Shown in pieces: positions 63,061 to 64,000 of a stretch of 64,000 nucleotides of DNA. The stretch lies in NCBI GenBank assembly GCA_963749495.1, contig CAVVMW010000021.1, forward strand, positions 448,001-512,000, given 5' to 3'. Below the pieces are notes generated by a model. It searched no databases and was not told where the DNA came from. It saw only the letters and a program-made list of their open reading frames with translations. Position 1 is the first letter of the stretch. Each line of letters opens with the position of its first letter. This DNA is from an uncultured bacterium (lineage in GTDB: Bacteria; Verrucomicrobiota; Verrucomicrobiia; Limisphaerales; UBA8199). Both the position numbers and the translations under genes were made by a program.

Positions 63061-64000
63061 CCCAGTTTACGAGTTATTTCAAGGGTGCCTCGGAATTGGT
63101 TGTCAACCAGCAGGTTACAACCTGGCCCCTCTATGCCCTAAAACGGCGATTTGGGGGCTCTCAGTTCGAGTATCTCCATCAGCTTTGCCTGGATTTCGTC
63201 CCGCTTGGTCAGCACCGGCTGCTCCGTGGCCGGTCGGCCTGCGCGGCGGGCTGGGTAAACATTGATCACCTCCTGAATCCGGCCCAACTTCTCCAGCAGA
63301 CCGGCCATGGATAAGCGCACGCCCGCCTGCCGTGCGCGGCGCCACACCAGGGCTCGGAGCAGTACCGCAATAGTACAATAGAGTCCATGGACTTGGATCT
63401 TGCTCTCGGTCCAGTGGTGCAGTGGCCACCAGGCGCCAATGTGCCGGTCCTTCATTTCGTGGAAAATCTCCTCGATGACAAATTGGCTCCGGTAAGCGCG
63501 AATTACCTGGGCGTCGGTCCATTCCTTATGACCGGTGATGAGCAGCGTCTTGCCCAGATACGTATCGGCCAACTGTTGCTGCGCGGCTGGGTCCGCCACG
63601 TAAGCCAATTGGAGCACGCCCGCCGCCGTCCGCGAGACGGTGGTCTTGAGCAACTGGCCCAGATGCTGACGGTGAAGAATCTGGTCGCACTTGCGCTGGA
63701 CCGATTCGACGCTCGGCAGGGTGCCTCCCTTAATCGAGCCCTGCGGCACGGTCTTGGAGGTTCTGCCGCACTTGGGCCAACTGGCTCAGCGCGCGGGCCA
63801 GGTCGTTTTGCACCGTCGCCCATTGGCTGGCAAAGAGGTGCTCGTTGTAAGTGACCACCACCGTGCGCTCCTTGCCATAGACCACCAGTTGGGTGTGCCA
63901 GCTTTTGGTGCCTTCCAGGCCCGGCTCGGTGGCGGCCTGCCAACGGGCGTCCTGGTTGGAAATCCGCATCAGGTCGGGATGCTCGTCCAACTTGACCGAA
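63061..64000 (-). mobile_element. IS1634-family insertion sequence, 3' part (transposase to 63138, frameshift near 63750)
   Basis: YRSQFVIEEIFHEMK...PLHHWTESKIQVHGLYC DDE C-terminus; candidate end CCCAGTTTAC at 63061; runs off the window. Confidence 0.75.

Noticed and set aside
62857..63141. 94-aa ORF next to the IS end
   Set aside because: It starts inside a REP and runs into the IS; no supportable product

Overview
GC-rich bacterial chromosomal window whose gene content and repeat families suggest Verrucomicrobiota (Pedosphaerales/Limisphaerales-like; inference). Housekeeping and metabolic genes include tyrA-like, aroA, cmk, plsC, grpE-dnaJ-rsmE, a glycyl-radical activase, GH16, DUF885 and Gfo/Idh/MocA-HEAT-DUF1080. 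They are interspersed with large secreted repeat proteins, at least five type II toxin-antitoxin (TA) pairs and several REP-like palindrome families. Two accessory regions stand out. (1) At 46.1-58.2 kb, a tRNA-Gly(TCC) is followed by a 10.3 kb phage-satellite-like integrative element carrying a tyrosine integrase, an AlpA/Xis-like protein, a primase-helicase, an iteron cluster, paired arm-type sites, a long candidate RNA hairpin and a membrane cargo protein. Two further mini-units follow. Each holds only a diverged paralogue of the element's TA pair and ends in another copy of the tRNA 3' end, giving an att-delimited TA array. (2) At 19.5-32.5 kb, a 13 kb transposase-free segment is bounded by a perfect 27-bp inverted repeat with TAA flanks. 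It carries two fibre-like proteins, each followed by a partner domain, a divergent WD40 Ser/Thr kinase, a mirrored promoter-like motif and an ECF sigma factor. About ten genes, including dnaJ, have single-base frameshifts. These are most likely assembly indel errors, so pseudogene calls are uncertain. All family assignments come from reading motifs by eye; no searches were run.
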